Below are positions 1 through 8,568 of a DNA stretch of 41,289 nucleotides, in pieces. The DNA is from Escherichia phage vB_EcoM_ECOO78. The notes under the pieces were generated by a model that had not been told where the DNA came from, did not search any database, and saw nothing but the letters and a program-made list of their open reading frames with translations. The position numbers and the translations under genes were made by a program. The stretch's first letter is position 1, and each line of letters starts with the position of its first letter. Location: sequence record KY705409. The stretch is one strand, 5' to 3'.

Positions 1-13
1 GGACCAATGCCCC
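1..13. repeat. Terminal direct repeat GGACCAATGCCCC (left copy); cos / terminal-redundancy candidate
   Basis: First 13 nt identical to last 13 nt of window (41277-41289). Confidence 0.6.
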
Positions 14-101
14 CGCAGGCTGTACCCCCTCCGGAAGTACCTTCGATTTTTGAAAAATCGAGATTGTCAAGCATTTTTTTTCGCAATTTGTGAAAATATT
101 T

Positions 102-332
102 TCATTGTTGTGATGTCGCTCTCACTGCGTCGTAAGCCCTTTCACACGTCAGCCCTGCGGCTCTTGCCCTGTCAGCCTCTGCTGCATAGATGCCCGCTGC
201 TGTGTCAATTTCTCTGAACAACTCGGCAAGCAGGCTGCTGGTGCTGGCCCTTGTCTTGCTGCTGATGGCTGGTGATGGCGTCTGCGATACCGTCTTGCAG
301 GCGCTTAGACTCAGCAGCAGCAATGGCAGCAT
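102..332 (-). CDS. Rz1-like o-spanin (outer-membrane lipoprotein), overlapping Rz in another frame
   Basis: Internal start within Rz frame-shifted ORF; N-terminus MLPLLLLSLSAC = signal peptide with lipobox; extends past Rz stop (overlapped architecture). Confidence 0.55.
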   Translation of the reverse strand: MLPLLLLSLSACKTVSQTPSPAISSKTRASTSSLLAELFREIDTAAGIYAAEADRARAAGLTCERAYDAVRATSQQ

Positions 333-591
333 TACGCTGCGCTGTAGCAATGTCTTGCTGTGCTTGTTCCTGAATTGCATCAATAGCCCCCTGCCGCTCT
401 TGTTCAATGCGGCGCTGTTTGTCTGCGAATTGGATTGCGGCCTGTGCGTCTGCCAGGTCACGTGCCTGCCACTTGGCTGACCATTCCTTATGCTCAGTGG
501 TGCGGCCCTTCTGGTAGCTCCAGAAACACGCCAGGAAGATTGCAGCCGATATGGCCACAACCTTCACTATCATCATTTGGGTACTGTTCAT
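205..591 (-). CDS. Rz-like i-spanin
   Basis: Start MNSTQMMIVKVVAISAAIFLACFW (N-terminal TM) followed by Q/A/E-rich coiled-coil; located after endolysin. Confidence 0.6.
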   Translation of the reverse strand: MNSTQMMIVKVVAISAAIFLACFWSYQKGRTTEHKEWSAKWQARDLADAQAAIQFADKQRRIEQERQGAIDAIQEQAQQDIATAQRNAAIAAAESKRLQDGIADAITSHQQQDKGQHQQPACRVVQRN

Positions 592-749
592 GGTTGCACC
601 TTGTCGCGCTCTGCCAGCAACCGATCTGCCCGGATAAGCGCCCAGCACTTCCGCGCCAGCAATGACCGGCGCAGGAAACGCATTTGTGGGAACGCATACC
701 AGTCAGCAAGTGCCCTGACGGCGTGCCAGTTATCCAGTGGCTTAATCAT
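588..749 (-). CDS. Small hypothetical protein (53 aa) between endolysin and Rz
   Basis: ORF MIKPLDNWHAVRAL... overlapping endolysin stop; no recognisable domain. Confidence 0.2.
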   Translation of the reverse strand: MIKPLDNWHAVRALADWYAFPQMRFLRRSLLARKCWALIRADRLLAERDKVQP

Positions 750-1234
750 GCTGCCACCGTTCCACCGGCGTTTCGATACGCTGCCAGCAGGTTGGCAATC
801 TTCTGTTCGTGCTGCCCATAACCAGCACCAGGCAGGGAAGCCCAAATGTTTCGAACCTGGCGCACGGCCTGTTCAAACTGACCGGCCTGAATAAGCGGCA
901 AGGCGCGTCGTTCACGGATTTGCTGAATTGCAATCAAATCCTGTGACAGCGGGCTGAAATCTTTCAGGCCTAATTGCTTTTTGTAGGCGTCATAATAGCG
1001 GCTCAAAAGCTGATAACGGCCAGCAGCCGTGGATTTGATGCCCAACTTAGGCAGTGCAACCAGCTTGCGCGGATGGTCTGCAAAACCGGTGAACAGGCCG
1101 CCACCAACCAGCACGTCATAACCATTGTGATTGGTTCGCTGTCTGCCGTTGTCGGTGCCTTCGCTGTAGGCGATCATATCCAGGAAAGCGCAAACGTTTT
1201 TGCCACCTGCCTGTTGTGGAGTAATAACAGCCAT
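746..1234 (-). CDS. Endolysin, phage lambda R-like lytic transglycosylase
   Basis: Translation contains FLDMIAYSEGTDNGRQ...GYDVLVGGGLF...KSTAAGRYQLL...NIWASLPGAGYGQ, closely matching lambda R from memory. Confidence 0.9.
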   Translation of the reverse strand: MAVITPQQAGGKNVCAFLDMIAYSEGTDNGRQRTNHNGYDVLVGGGLFTGFADHPRKLVALPKLGIKSTAAGRYQLLSRYYDAYKKQLGLKDFSPLSQDLIAIQQIRERRALPLIQAGQFEQAVRQVRNIWASLPGAGYGQHEQKIANLLAAYRNAGGTVAA

Positions 1235-1236
1235 TG

Positions 1237-1512
1237 TTAATACCTCTCATGTGCGGCTTTGAAATGCTTAAGCCATGATAAAAAAACGTGACGAGCGCCA
1301 ACCAGTGCAATGCTGACGTTCATGGTGACAAATGGCCGTTGTGAGTAATGGCCAGTGATGGTGTGAATGATGATTGCCAGTGCTGATATTGCCACCAGCG
1401 AAAAGAACAGTTTTCCAACAACGCCGTCTTTTACTCCGCTGTACACCACGCACCATGATGCCCAGATGAAGATGAAACAGACGGCGATAAAGTTAATGGC
1501 AAAAGTTGTCAT
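1237..1512 (-). CDS. Small membrane protein of lysis cassette (holin/antiholin-like)
   Basis: 91 aa, highly hydrophobic with 2-3 predicted TM segments; stop overlaps endolysin start. Confidence 0.5.
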   Translation of the reverse strand: MTTFAINFIAVCFIFIWASWCVVYSGVKDGVVGKLFFSLVAISALAIIIHTITGHYSQRPFVTMNVSIALVGARHVFLSWLKHFKAAHERY

Positions 1513-1832
1513 GCGTTACCACCGAATTTGCTTTTGATAGCCTCAATTAAGGTCGCAATGTCGGCGTTCTGAATCTTCCTGATAACAGCCACCACCATCG
1601 AACCGCCAAATGATCCCAGCAGGAAACCAATAGCCGAAGTGTATTGCTGCGGGATGCTGTAAAACCATGACGTCCAGCCAGTAAGAAAGTAAGAACATGC
1701 AAGCCCGCTACAAACAAACCACAGACGGCCTTTGATGCTCTTATCATCGTGAAAAGGAACAGCAATCAACGCACCCATTAAACCAGCGATTGCCCATCCA
1801 ATGTTATCCAGAAACTTCTCAAAAATATTCAT
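1509..1832 (-). CDS. Holin-like membrane protein
   Basis: 107 aa, multiple TM segments (GWAIAGLMGALIAV, FLLGSFGGSMVVAVI), charged C-terminus; first gene of lysis cassette. Confidence 0.6.
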   Translation of the reverse strand: MNIFEKFLDNIGWAIAGLMGALIAVPFHDDKSIKGRLWFVCSGLACSYFLTGWTSWFYSIPQQYTSAIGFLLGSFGGSMVVAVIRKIQNADIATLIEAIKSKFGGNA

Positions 1833-1837
1833 GCCAG

Positions 1838-2272
1838 TTATTGCCCCGTAGTCATTAGTAGTCGGTGCTGATGGTTGTCATTTGCAGGTGATGTGTCTTT
1901 GTGGGGTTTGTCAGTGCAGTGCCGCTTCACTGTGCGTTCTGAAACTTCCAGCAGTTCCGCAATGGCTTTTGCGTCCATTCCTTCGCCGTGCATCCGCTTG
2001 ATGCTGCGGTGAATGAAATGGCGGTAAATGTATTCACAATTAGCCGGGTGAAGCATTTCACCACCGAAGTGCTGCACCATCTTGCTGGCGTCACTCCATC
2101 CAAGAATTTTCACCAGGTGGTCATTAGGACGGATCCGCTTTGGCACATACAAAATGACTTTGTGGTACTGCTGCGATGGCACCCACAGCTTTGGTAGTTG
2201 TCCGATAAGATATAGCGCACGTTCACGGCCAATAACGTCAGCTATTTCCTGCACAGTGCGCGGTAATTCCAT
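1838..2272 (-). CDS. Mor-family (Mu Mor/C-like) transcriptional activator, candidate late-gene activator
   Basis: 144 aa; C-terminal HTH (AKAIAELLEVSERTVKRH) and overall Mor-like pattern; sits directly upstream of lysis/late genes. Confidence 0.45.
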   Translation of the reverse strand: MELPRTVQEIADVIGRERALYLIGQLPKLWVPSQQYHKVILYVPKRIRPNDHLVKILGWSDASKMVQHFGGEMLHPANCEYIYRHFIHRSIKRMHGEGMDAKAIAELLEVSERTVKRHCTDKPHKDTSPANDNHQHRLLMTTGQ

Positions 2273-2329
2273 GTAACCCCCAATAATTATAAATAAAAGT
2301 CAATATGGGGATTGTAGCCGAAAAGATGA

Positions 2330-2660
2330 ACGGTGACCAGAAAAGGGTGACAAGGTGGCAAAGAGTTGGTCACCCGCTTGTCACCCGTCAATCATCTTGA
2401 TTTATAAAGAGAAAGTGCGCGTTTTTGGCGTTCGGGTGACTAAGGTGACAACAATTTCCTATATTAATGTATTTCTACCCTCTGTGCGCACTATTGATAG
2501 GCTATTCCTATCGTCTGTATTTACCCCTATCTAAACTTTATAAATCCTTGTCACCCTTAGTCACCTTTAGTCATTTATATAGTCATATCAGTGGTTTAAG
2601 TGGTGACTAACTAGGTGACCAACTAGGTGACAAGGTGACCAACTTTTGTCACCCAATAAA
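2330..2660. repeat. Iteron-like array: about 12 copies of GGTGAC(A/C)A in both orientations flanking an AT-rich core (candidate origin or regulator-binding array)
   Basis: Read directly: acggtgaccag, agggtgacaagg, ttggtcaccc, ttgtcacccg, gggtgactaaggtgacaa, ttgtcaccctt, tagtcaccttt, ggtgactaactaggtgaccaactaggtgacaaggtgaccaa, ttgtcaccc. Confidence 0.6.
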
Positions 2661-2678
2661 AAACCGCCCGAAGGCGGT
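2656..2678 (-). terminator. Intrinsic terminator (UUCG-loop hairpin plus U-tract on minus strand)
   Basis: Plus-strand taaaaaaccgcccgaaggcggt; minus strand gives accgcc-UUCG-ggcggu followed by UUUUUUA, downstream of the 2685-3017 gene. Confidence 0.6.
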
Positions 2679-2684
2679 TAGTGT

Positions 2685-3017
2685 TCAAGCGCGGTTTGGT
2701 CCGGTTGGGATGTCGGTAAATCCTCTGCGCTTCCACAGGTGCCAAAGTCGCCATGCTATGCGTGCGCGTGGCATTGTTTTGAAGGTTCCCAGTTTGTGTT
2801 TCTGCTTGCCATCAATGCACGTCACCTGCCAACCACAAGCCAGCCGCTGACAGCCAGGGATGCGTGCCAGGTGCAGGTTGCGGTTGCTGATTGCCGTGAC
2901 CTCCGGTTTTGGTTTAGCCTCCACTGGTGCTGGTTTTGGCTTCTGCTTCTGTTTCGCCTGCTTAACAAAAGCGCGCCACAGAATATCTGTTGCCAGGCTC
3001 ATGGCTTGCCGCTTCAC
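2685..3017 (-). CDS. Hypothetical protein with Lys/Pro-rich linker
   Basis: 110 aa ORF; ATGA overlap with upstream DUF551 gene; no domain recognised. Confidence 0.45.
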   Translation of the reverse strand: MKRQAMSLATDILWRAFVKQAKQKQKPKPAPVEAKPKPEVTAISNRNLHLARIPGCQRLACGWQVTCIDGKQKHKLGTFKTMPRARIAWRLWHLWKRRGFTDIPTGPNRA

Positions 3018-3841
3018 TCGCTGGTGGGATTAGGCGTGTCGAACCACATAACAACGTCGCCTGTATATTGGTGCTTTGTATGGTGGTAACTGGCAATCAG
3101 CCAGGTATCTTTATGATTGATGCGCCCAACTCGCTGGGAACCATCAGAAAGCATCACAGGAACGTCACGGAAGCGATCTGGAAGCCTTTCGCTGCAATTC
3201 ACCCACTGGTCATGATGTTTGTTCGCATTGATGCCAGCCAACGATTCGAACTGCTGCGCGGTGTTGTCTGTTTCATCACTGATGGCAGACGAACGCAGAC
3301 ACTGGACAGCCAGGCGATACGCCTTAAGGCTGATTTCCTGATGCGTGCTCAATGCGCCTTTGCGTTCACCGATTTCCAGGCTTTTGATGCGCGTTTCAAG
3401 GTTTTCCAGCAGCCTATCATCAGTTACCACCGGCGCTGGCTTTTCACGCACATCCGCCAGCAGGATTCTGAAAGCTGCCAGCATGGCACGTTCCGGCACA
3501 TAGTCATCAGCATAGAACGCATCAAGCGCACGCATCATGGCGTTTAGTGATGGGTCAGCATCGCTTACCACCGGCACTGGCTGCACGTCCCCAACCAGGC
3601 GGGTTATTTCGCTTTCCAGGCGCTGGCCAAGCTCTGTTTTAGTGCAGTGCTCGGCCCATTCGTTGTTTTCCAGCAGGGCCACCACGTTGCGCACGTCATC
3701 ATCAACGCCGCCCATTGAATCGGCCAGCATCCGCAAACACGCCAGTTCAAATTCGCCGCGCAGTGACAGTTCACCGTGGCTGTTGACCATTTCCAGTTCC
3801 GCTATGCGCTCGCGCACGTTGTCAATCGTTACTTGTTTCAT
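3014..3841 (-). CDS. Ea22-like protein with C-terminal DUF551 domain
   Basis: C-terminal WVNCSERLPDRFRDVPVMLSDGS...WLIASYHH resembles DUF551; acidic coiled-coil N-terminal region. Confidence 0.55.
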   Translation of the reverse strand: MKQVTIDNVRERIAELEMVNSHGELSLRGEFELACLRMLADSMGGVDDDVRNVVALLENNEWAEHCTKTELGQRLESEITRLVGDVQPVPVVSDADPSLNAMMRALDAFYADDYVPERAMLAAFRILLADVREKPAPVVTDDRLLENLETRIKSLEIGERKGALSTHQEISLKAYRLAVQCLRSSAISDETDNTAQQFESLAGINANKHHDQWVNCSERLPDRFRDVPVMLSDGSQRVGRINHKDTWLIASYHHTKHQYTGDVVMWFDTPNPTSE

Positions 3842-3875
3842 CGGGTGTTACCTCGTTTTTATTGGCCCACACTGG
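3842..3875 (-). promoter_or_regulatory. Conserved translation-initiation cassette: hairpin, CCAATAA, AACGAGGTAACACCC, ATG (copy 1)
   Basis: Minus strand ccccaccagtgtgggCCAATAAaaACGAGGTAACACCCgATG; 17-mer GGGTGTTACCTCGTTTT also at 9945-9961. Confidence 0.5.
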
Positions 3876-3888
3876 TGGGGAATGGTGG

Positions 3889-4866
3889 TTATGCTACAAC
3901 AGAATTGCTACTTGCCTGGTTATCGTTTGCGGCTGCTGCTTCCATTATGCGCCCCTGCGCTGTCTGGAAATAGGTTTCATCAAGTTCAATTCCTATGAAG
4001 TTACGGCCTTCATTGATGCAGGCGACTCCTGTTGACCCGCTCCCCATAGTGAAATCTAGAACCGTTTCGCCAGGGTTTGAATATGTCCTGATGATGTCAG
4101 CCAGCAGTGCTACCGGCTTCTGTGTTTGGTGAAGGCCGGTATAATCCTTTTTGTACTGAAGAACGTTAGATTTGTATTTTGCACCATCCGCCAGGTTAAA
4201 CCTGCGGGCAAACCTGCGGTCAATTTCTAACATTTCAGCATAAGTCATAAGCCAGTCACACACACTAAGCCCATAGTGCGCAATAATCTGGTTGTATGTC
4301 TTTTCAGTACACAGCCCGAACTGCGTTGATTCAACATAAAAAAAGTGTTCCGCGCGCCTGTGACCTAAATCAGTGTTTATCTGCTTTATATTTCTGCCAA
4401 TGTATTCCATGATTTTTTTGGCATAATCCCTTAGCGGATGCTGTGCCAGCGTGTCATATTTCTTGAAGAACACCACTAAATCTTCAAAGTATGAAACAGG
4501 CGCTTTATTTACCAACAGCGAGTTAGAGAAATGGTCTTTCAGCCACATTAGTCGATAACTGAAAGGCAGATTTCCATGCGCCGCTGTGATTAACTTGCTG
4601 GTGTAAGGTTCCTGGCTGAACAGAATAAGAGCGCCGTTAGTTCGCAAAACGCGGTTGCATTCTTCAAAAATGGCCTGCGGAGAAATAGCGTTATCCCATT
4701 CAGCGTTCGCAATTCGTGAATAGCGTTCTTCACCCTTTCCCATTCCGCCAGCGGTGCCATACGGCGGATCACACAGAACCAAATCAACGCTACCGGCTGG
4801 AATAGACTTCATAACTTCCAGGCAATCACCTAAATGCAATTCGTATTTATTCACAATGCTACCCAT
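3889..4866 (-). CDS. DNA methyltransferase (N6-adenine/N4-cytosine type, beta-class motif order)
   Basis: DPPY catalytic motif near N-terminus (LVLCDPPYG) and SAM-binding FTMGSGSTGVAC near C-terminus; AT-richer than surroundings. Confidence 0.85.
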   Translation of the reverse strand: MGSIVNKYELHLGDCLEVMKSIPAGSVDLVLCDPPYGTAGGMGKGEERYSRIANAEWDNAISPQAIFEECNRVLRTNGALILFSQEPYTSKLITAAHGNLPFSYRLMWLKDHFSNSLLVNKAPVSYFEDLVVFFKKYDTLAQHPLRDYAKKIMEYIGRNIKQINTDLGHRRAEHFFYVESTQFGLCTEKTYNQIIAHYGLSVCDWLMTYAEMLEIDRRFARRFNLADGAKYKSNVLQYKKDYTGLHQTQKPVALLADIIRTYSNPGETVLDFTMGSGSTGVACINEGRNFIGIELDETYFQTAQGRIMEAAAANDNQASSNSVVA

Positions 4867-4918
4867 TACTTTGTTTGGTTTGTTTGGTTTGTCTCGTTTT
4901 CGATAGATGAATTCTATA

Positions 4919-4959
4919 TTTACTTATGTAAATGATATAATCGTTTATACCTATCAATA
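4919..4959 (-). promoter_or_regulatory. Conserved bipartite upstream element TATTGATAGGT-N15-ATTTACATAAGTAAA (copy 1, upstream of methyltransferase)
   Basis: Minus-strand sequence read directly; near-identical element at 10001-10042. Confidence 0.5.
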
Positions 4960-4990
4960 AAAACAAAACCCGCCGAAGCGGGTTATTATT
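4958..4990. terminator. Bidirectional intrinsic terminator (UUCG/CGAA-loop hairpin)
   Basis: aaaaacaaaacccgccgaagcgggttattatt: 5-bp GC stem, 4-nt loop, A/T-rich tracts on both sides; immediately after primase-helicase stop. Confidence 0.6.
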
Positions 4991-7299
4991 CAAAACGGTG
5001 AATTGTCATCTGGTCGCCGGTAATCCGGCTGCAACACCTTCGGCGGCAGGTTGAAGAACCGCCCGTTTTTCGTCTTGCGCGGTTCCTGCCCGGTCAGCTT
5101 GCGCAGCACGTTACTGCAATGCGTGGCCTGTGACTTGTTCGGCTTATCAAATCCGATTTCCTGCAACACCTGGCTGGCGGTATGTTCGCGGTAGGCGCTG
5201 ATGCGTTCGCTGCCCCACTCAAAGCGCGCCAGTATCATTTCCTCTACCGGGTCAATGGATTCGTGTTCCTTGTTGACGCCTTCCAGCATGGCTTCTTCAT
5301 CACGATCCAGCCACCAGCGTTCGCCGTCACGGTACAGTTGCGCCACTTCTGCCCATAACTGTTGCGTGTCGATGTCGTGGGCGTAGTTCACGCCGGTCAC
5401 CGGAATGGTCCACCAGCGAACGTTCCCGGTGTCATCGGCCAGGAAGTGTTTGGGGTTCACTGACGCAAAAAACACCGTTCGGCGCTGGTACTTCGATTCA
5501 AGCCGGTCATAAGGGCGGCGCAGCATGTCCACGTCAGAACTGATGAAGGATTTCAGCCTGGCAATGTCAGCCTTGCGGAACGTTGCATCTAGTTCGCCCA
5601 GCTCAACCATCCAGTGGCCAATCGCGGTGGTCACGCTGTCTTTGTTGCTAGGGTCGATGGTCGCGCCATCTTTCACCAGGTCGCGCATGGTAGGCGGCAG
5701 CAGTGCTTTGAACCAGGACGTTTTCCCCAATGACTGGTCACCCTGTAACACCAGCACGCCTTTGGACCAGAACCCTGTTGGCTTCATGACGGCAGCCACG
5801 GCAGAAATCAGCCAGCGGCGCACCATCATCAGCACCAGGCCACGGTCAAAGCCTTGCGGCGTGGTCAGGGTGTCAACCAGGTCATAAATGCGGCTGACGC
5901 CATCCCAGGGCCGTGACGTGATGAATTCAGCAGCCGGGTTGTAACGATTGGCCACGCCAATCAGCTTGATGTAATCGCCCACGTCACCTTTTGGCATACC
6001 GTTGCGGGCACACAGGCTGGAAACTTCCGCCAGTGAACAGTTGGCCGCAGCGTCAACGCCGTAGTCACGCCCTGGAATGGTCACCACCACATCTTTGCTG
6101 ATTTCGTTATAACGCGCCGTGATGCCGTACTGGTCCAGCAGCCATTCCAGGTTTTCCCAGGTGCTTAATGGCTTTTGCTGGTGGCTCATGTGCGGGTACA
6201 TGAACGGGTTGACCGTGGCATCCAGCGGCAGAAAGTTGTCATTTGCCGGTTCAGGTATCGCGTCGTTAATCTGGCGCTTAACTTCTGCCAGCCCTTGCAT
6301 ATTGTGCAGGTCGTTAAAGTCGGTCGGCTTGTCGCTCAGTGCTGCGAACTTCGGAACCACCAGCAGGCCACCGCATGTGGTTGCGGCCTGGCGCGCGTAG
6401 TGAACGCCATCGTTCTGCTTGCCATCTTCGTGCCACTGGTCGTTATCGGCTGCCACAACAATTGTTGCGCGTCCGAACTGCTGGCGCATCAGCTTGGCCA
6501 CGGTCGGCACGTTACCGGCATCGAACGCCACTACAACGCAGTAGCCTGTTGCCTGGTGGATTGACGCGCCGGTTGAATAGCCTTCACAGATGACAATGAC
6601 CGGGTTTGCGCCAATCGGCTTGCCGCCGATGACGTGGAAGCATCCACGCTTCTGGCCGCCAGGCAAATAATCACGGTCACGCCCTAGCTGTGGGTTTTCG
6701 TTCGGGAAGATGGCCTGCAAACTGGTGATCTGCCCGTCAATGTTACGCACAGGAACCAGCAGCGCGCCATCAATGCTGCGCTTTTCTGTCCAGAACCGCC
6801 CAACACGCAGGCCAAACGCCTGCACCTTCTTGCGCTGCAAATAGGGGTGTTCATCGCCGTCCAGTTCGGTGGCTGATTCCCATATGTTGCGCGCCTGTTC
6901 GGCTGCCTGCGCCATACGTTCGGCACGGCGCTGCTGCTCTGCCTTTTCTTCGGCTTCGCGCTTGCGCTTGCGTGCTTCGATTTCTTCCGCTGACAGCGGG
7001 GTGCGTTCTGCGTCGTTCAGGGAAAAGCCGAACTGCTGCGCCTCACCAATCAGGGTGCCAATGCCAATGCCGCCGTGACGCTTCACTGATTTCCAGGTGT
7101 CGCGTGCGTCTTTGCTGTTGTACTTGTCAGACTGGCGTGACCAGTCATTCCAGACGGTGAAACCGCCGTCGCCTAATTCCGATTTGACCGCCATCGCCAT
7201 GCGCACCCATGTTTCACGGTCGCAACCGGCGTCGATGTAGGAAAGTGCTTCTGCAATTTCCTGTTCGGTCAAATCCTTATAGTTTTGTTGTGCACTCAT
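4990..7299 (-). CDS. Primase-helicase (P4 alpha-like: primase C-terminal-like region, TOPRIM, D5/SF3-type P-loop NTPase)
   Basis: TOPRIM-like VIVICEGYSTGASI...VAADND; Walker A LVLQGDQSLGKTSW; 769 aa. Confidence 0.8.
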   Translation of the reverse strand: MSAQQNYKDLTEQEIAEALSYIDAGCDRETWVRMAMAVKSELGDGGFTVWNDWSRQSDKYNSKDARDTWKSVKRHGGIGIGTLIGEAQQFGFSLNDAERTPLSAEEIEARKRKREAEEKAEQQRRAERMAQAAEQARNIWESATELDGDEHPYLQRKKVQAFGLRVGRFWTEKRSIDGALLVPVRNIDGQITSLQAIFPNENPQLGRDRDYLPGGQKRGCFHVIGGKPIGANPVIVICEGYSTGASIHQATGYCVVVAFDAGNVPTVAKLMRQQFGRATIVVAADNDQWHEDGKQNDGVHYARQAATTCGGLLVVPKFAALSDKPTDFNDLHNMQGLAEVKRQINDAIPEPANDNFLPLDATVNPFMYPHMSHQQKPLSTWENLEWLLDQYGITARYNEISKDVVVTIPGRDYGVDAAANCSLAEVSSLCARNGMPKGDVGDYIKLIGVANRYNPAAEFITSRPWDGVSRIYDLVDTLTTPQGFDRGLVLMMVRRWLISAVAAVMKPTGFWSKGVLVLQGDQSLGKTSWFKALLPPTMRDLVKDGATIDPSNKDSVTTAIGHWMVELGELDATFRKADIARLKSFISSDVDMLRRPYDRLESKYQRRTVFFASVNPKHFLADDTGNVRWWTIPVTGVNYAHDIDTQQLWAEVAQLYRDGERWWLDRDEEAMLEGVNKEHESIDPVEEMILARFEWGSERISAYREHTASQVLQEIGFDKPNKSQATHCSNVLRKLTGQEPRKTKNGRFFNLPPKVLQPDYRRPDDNSPF

Positions 7300-7311
7300 A
7301 GAACCCCGATT

Positions 7312-7542
7312 TTATGGCCTGTTAGCGCGCCATATGGCCAGTGCGCGTTGTTCTAGTTCTTCGCGGGCTGTTGCGCCGCGCCGTTTTTCTATCGCTGCCA
7401 GCAGGGTGCGCCGTGCTTCAATGGTTGGCTGTTTCAGGACGTATTTGGCTTCGCATTCCAGCAACCATTCCCGGCTATCGCTCAACACATCGCGCCCATC
7501 GTGCAGCGTCACTGTGGTGGGCTGCCAGGTACAGGCGTTCAT
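7312..7542 (-). CDS. Hypothetical protein
   Basis: 76 aa ORF in operon context, overlapping neighbour. Confidence 0.4.
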   Translation of the reverse strand: MNACTWQPTTVTLHDGRDVLSDSREWLLECEAKYVLKQPTIEARRTLLAAIEKRRGATAREELEQRALAIWRANRP

Positions 7543-7727
7543 TTTGCTGCCTGCGCGTTCAGTTTCAGTTCAAGCAATTCAAGCTGGTGGGTCGGAATGA
7601 CTTTCCCGCCCTTACACCGCCAGATAAGCACCGTTTGTTCAGTGCGCCCAAGTAAACGGCCAACGTCGCGGCAGGTTAAGCCATGTTCAGCCATAATGTT
7701 GTGAAGTCGTTCGGTCCTTTCGTCCAT
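7539..7727 (-). CDS. Small HTH DNA-binding protein (Cro/XRE-like regulator candidate)
   Basis: Start MDERTERL with GAGG RBS 6-9 nt upstream; HTH-like LTCRDVGRLLGRTEQTVLIWR. Confidence 0.45.
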   Translation of the reverse strand: MDERTERLHNIMAEHGLTCRDVGRLLGRTEQTVLIWRCKGGKVIPTHQLELLELKLNAQAAK

Positions 7728-7807
7728 AGTAATAGCCTCGTAATAACAATGCGCCCATAGTACAGGGCGCATTTCCGAAAGTAAATATCTTTTGAAATAA
7801 TCTTACT

Positions 7808-8032
7808 TCACCGCGAAGCGCGCGGCATCACGAAACGGAAACCGGCCTGGTGCTTCATGGCCATTGCGCCTGCCAGGCGTATCAGTTCAGCGAACGGGTC
7901 TTTGCCGATGGCTGACGTGGTGCGGTACTGTTGCGCCGCGTAGTCAGCCGCGTGCTGTGCTGTGCCAGGTGATGCGCCTTGCTTCACCAGTTCGGCCATG
8001 ACTTGTTTTTTGATGAAGTCTACCGGGTTCAT
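7808..8032 (-). CDS. Hypothetical protein
   Basis: 74 aa ORF, same-strand operon context. Confidence 0.4.
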   Translation of the reverse strand: MNPVDFIKKQVMAELVKQGASPGTAQHAADYAAQQYRTTSAIGKDPFAELIRLAGAMAMKHQAGFRFVMPRASR

Positions 8033-8035
8033 GGT

Positions 8036-8335
8036 TCACGCCCCGCGCTGTTTGAGAAAAACCCAACTCAGCCAGTGTTCATATTGGCCCATCCAGTGCC
8101 GCAGACGAAAGCGCCTGTTGTTTATGGCGGCCATGCCTTCACCGTCATTTTTGTGCTTATGAACACGGTGCAAAACGCGGTCATACTTTTCATCGGATGA
8201 ATCACTATGGCCACGCAGCATTACTGCGGTTTCTTCTTCATTGATGAAGATAGTGAATTTACTGAATCCAAGCTGCTGGCCAGCCTCGACAACAATTTTT
8301 AGCCACTCATGCTTTGGCAGTGGTTTACCTGTCAT
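8036..8335 (-). CDS. Hypothetical protein
   Basis: 99 aa ORF, same-strand operon context. Confidence 0.4.
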   Translation of the reverse strand: MTGKPLPKHEWLKIVVEAGQQLGFSKFTIFINEEETAVMLRGHSDSSDEKYDRVLHRVHKHKNDGEGMAAINNRRFRLRHWMGQYEHWLSWVFLKQRGA

Positions 8336-8568
8336 TTTGCGGCCCTCCGGTTGCGCTGGTGACGTGCTTCACGGCGCATGGCTGCAATGCCGGTGAATCG
8401 TGATTTTCGCGGCCCTGGCTTCGGATAGTCCAGCACCACTTGCATTGACCGCACCTTTGGACGCCAGCCAGCGCGCACCAGCGCCATTTGAAAACCCAGG
8501 CTGATTTCCCTGGCTGATAACTTCCAGGCGTCAACCAACCGCTGCATTGCTACTTTGAGAATATTCAT
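8332..8568 (-). CDS. Hypothetical protein
   Basis: 78 aa ORF; ATGA overlap with upstream small ORF. Confidence 0.4.
   Translation of the reverse strand: MNILKVAMQRLVDAWKLSAREISLGFQMALVRAGWRPKVRSMQVVLDYPKPGPRKSRFTGIAAMRREARHQRNRRAAK

Noticed and set aside
190-894. Plus-strand ORFs (96, 76, 134 aa) antisense to Rz/endolysin
   Set aside because: Antisense to coherent lysis genes, no RBS, low-complexity translations.
2330-2660. Possible CRISPR array in the GGTGAC repeat region
   Set aside because: Repeats are 6-8 bp, irregularly spaced and in both orientations; no 25-40 bp repeat/spacer periodicity.
5201-7160. Several plus-strand ORFs antisense to the primase-helicase gene
   Set aside because: Antisense shadows of a long, well-supported minus-strand gene.
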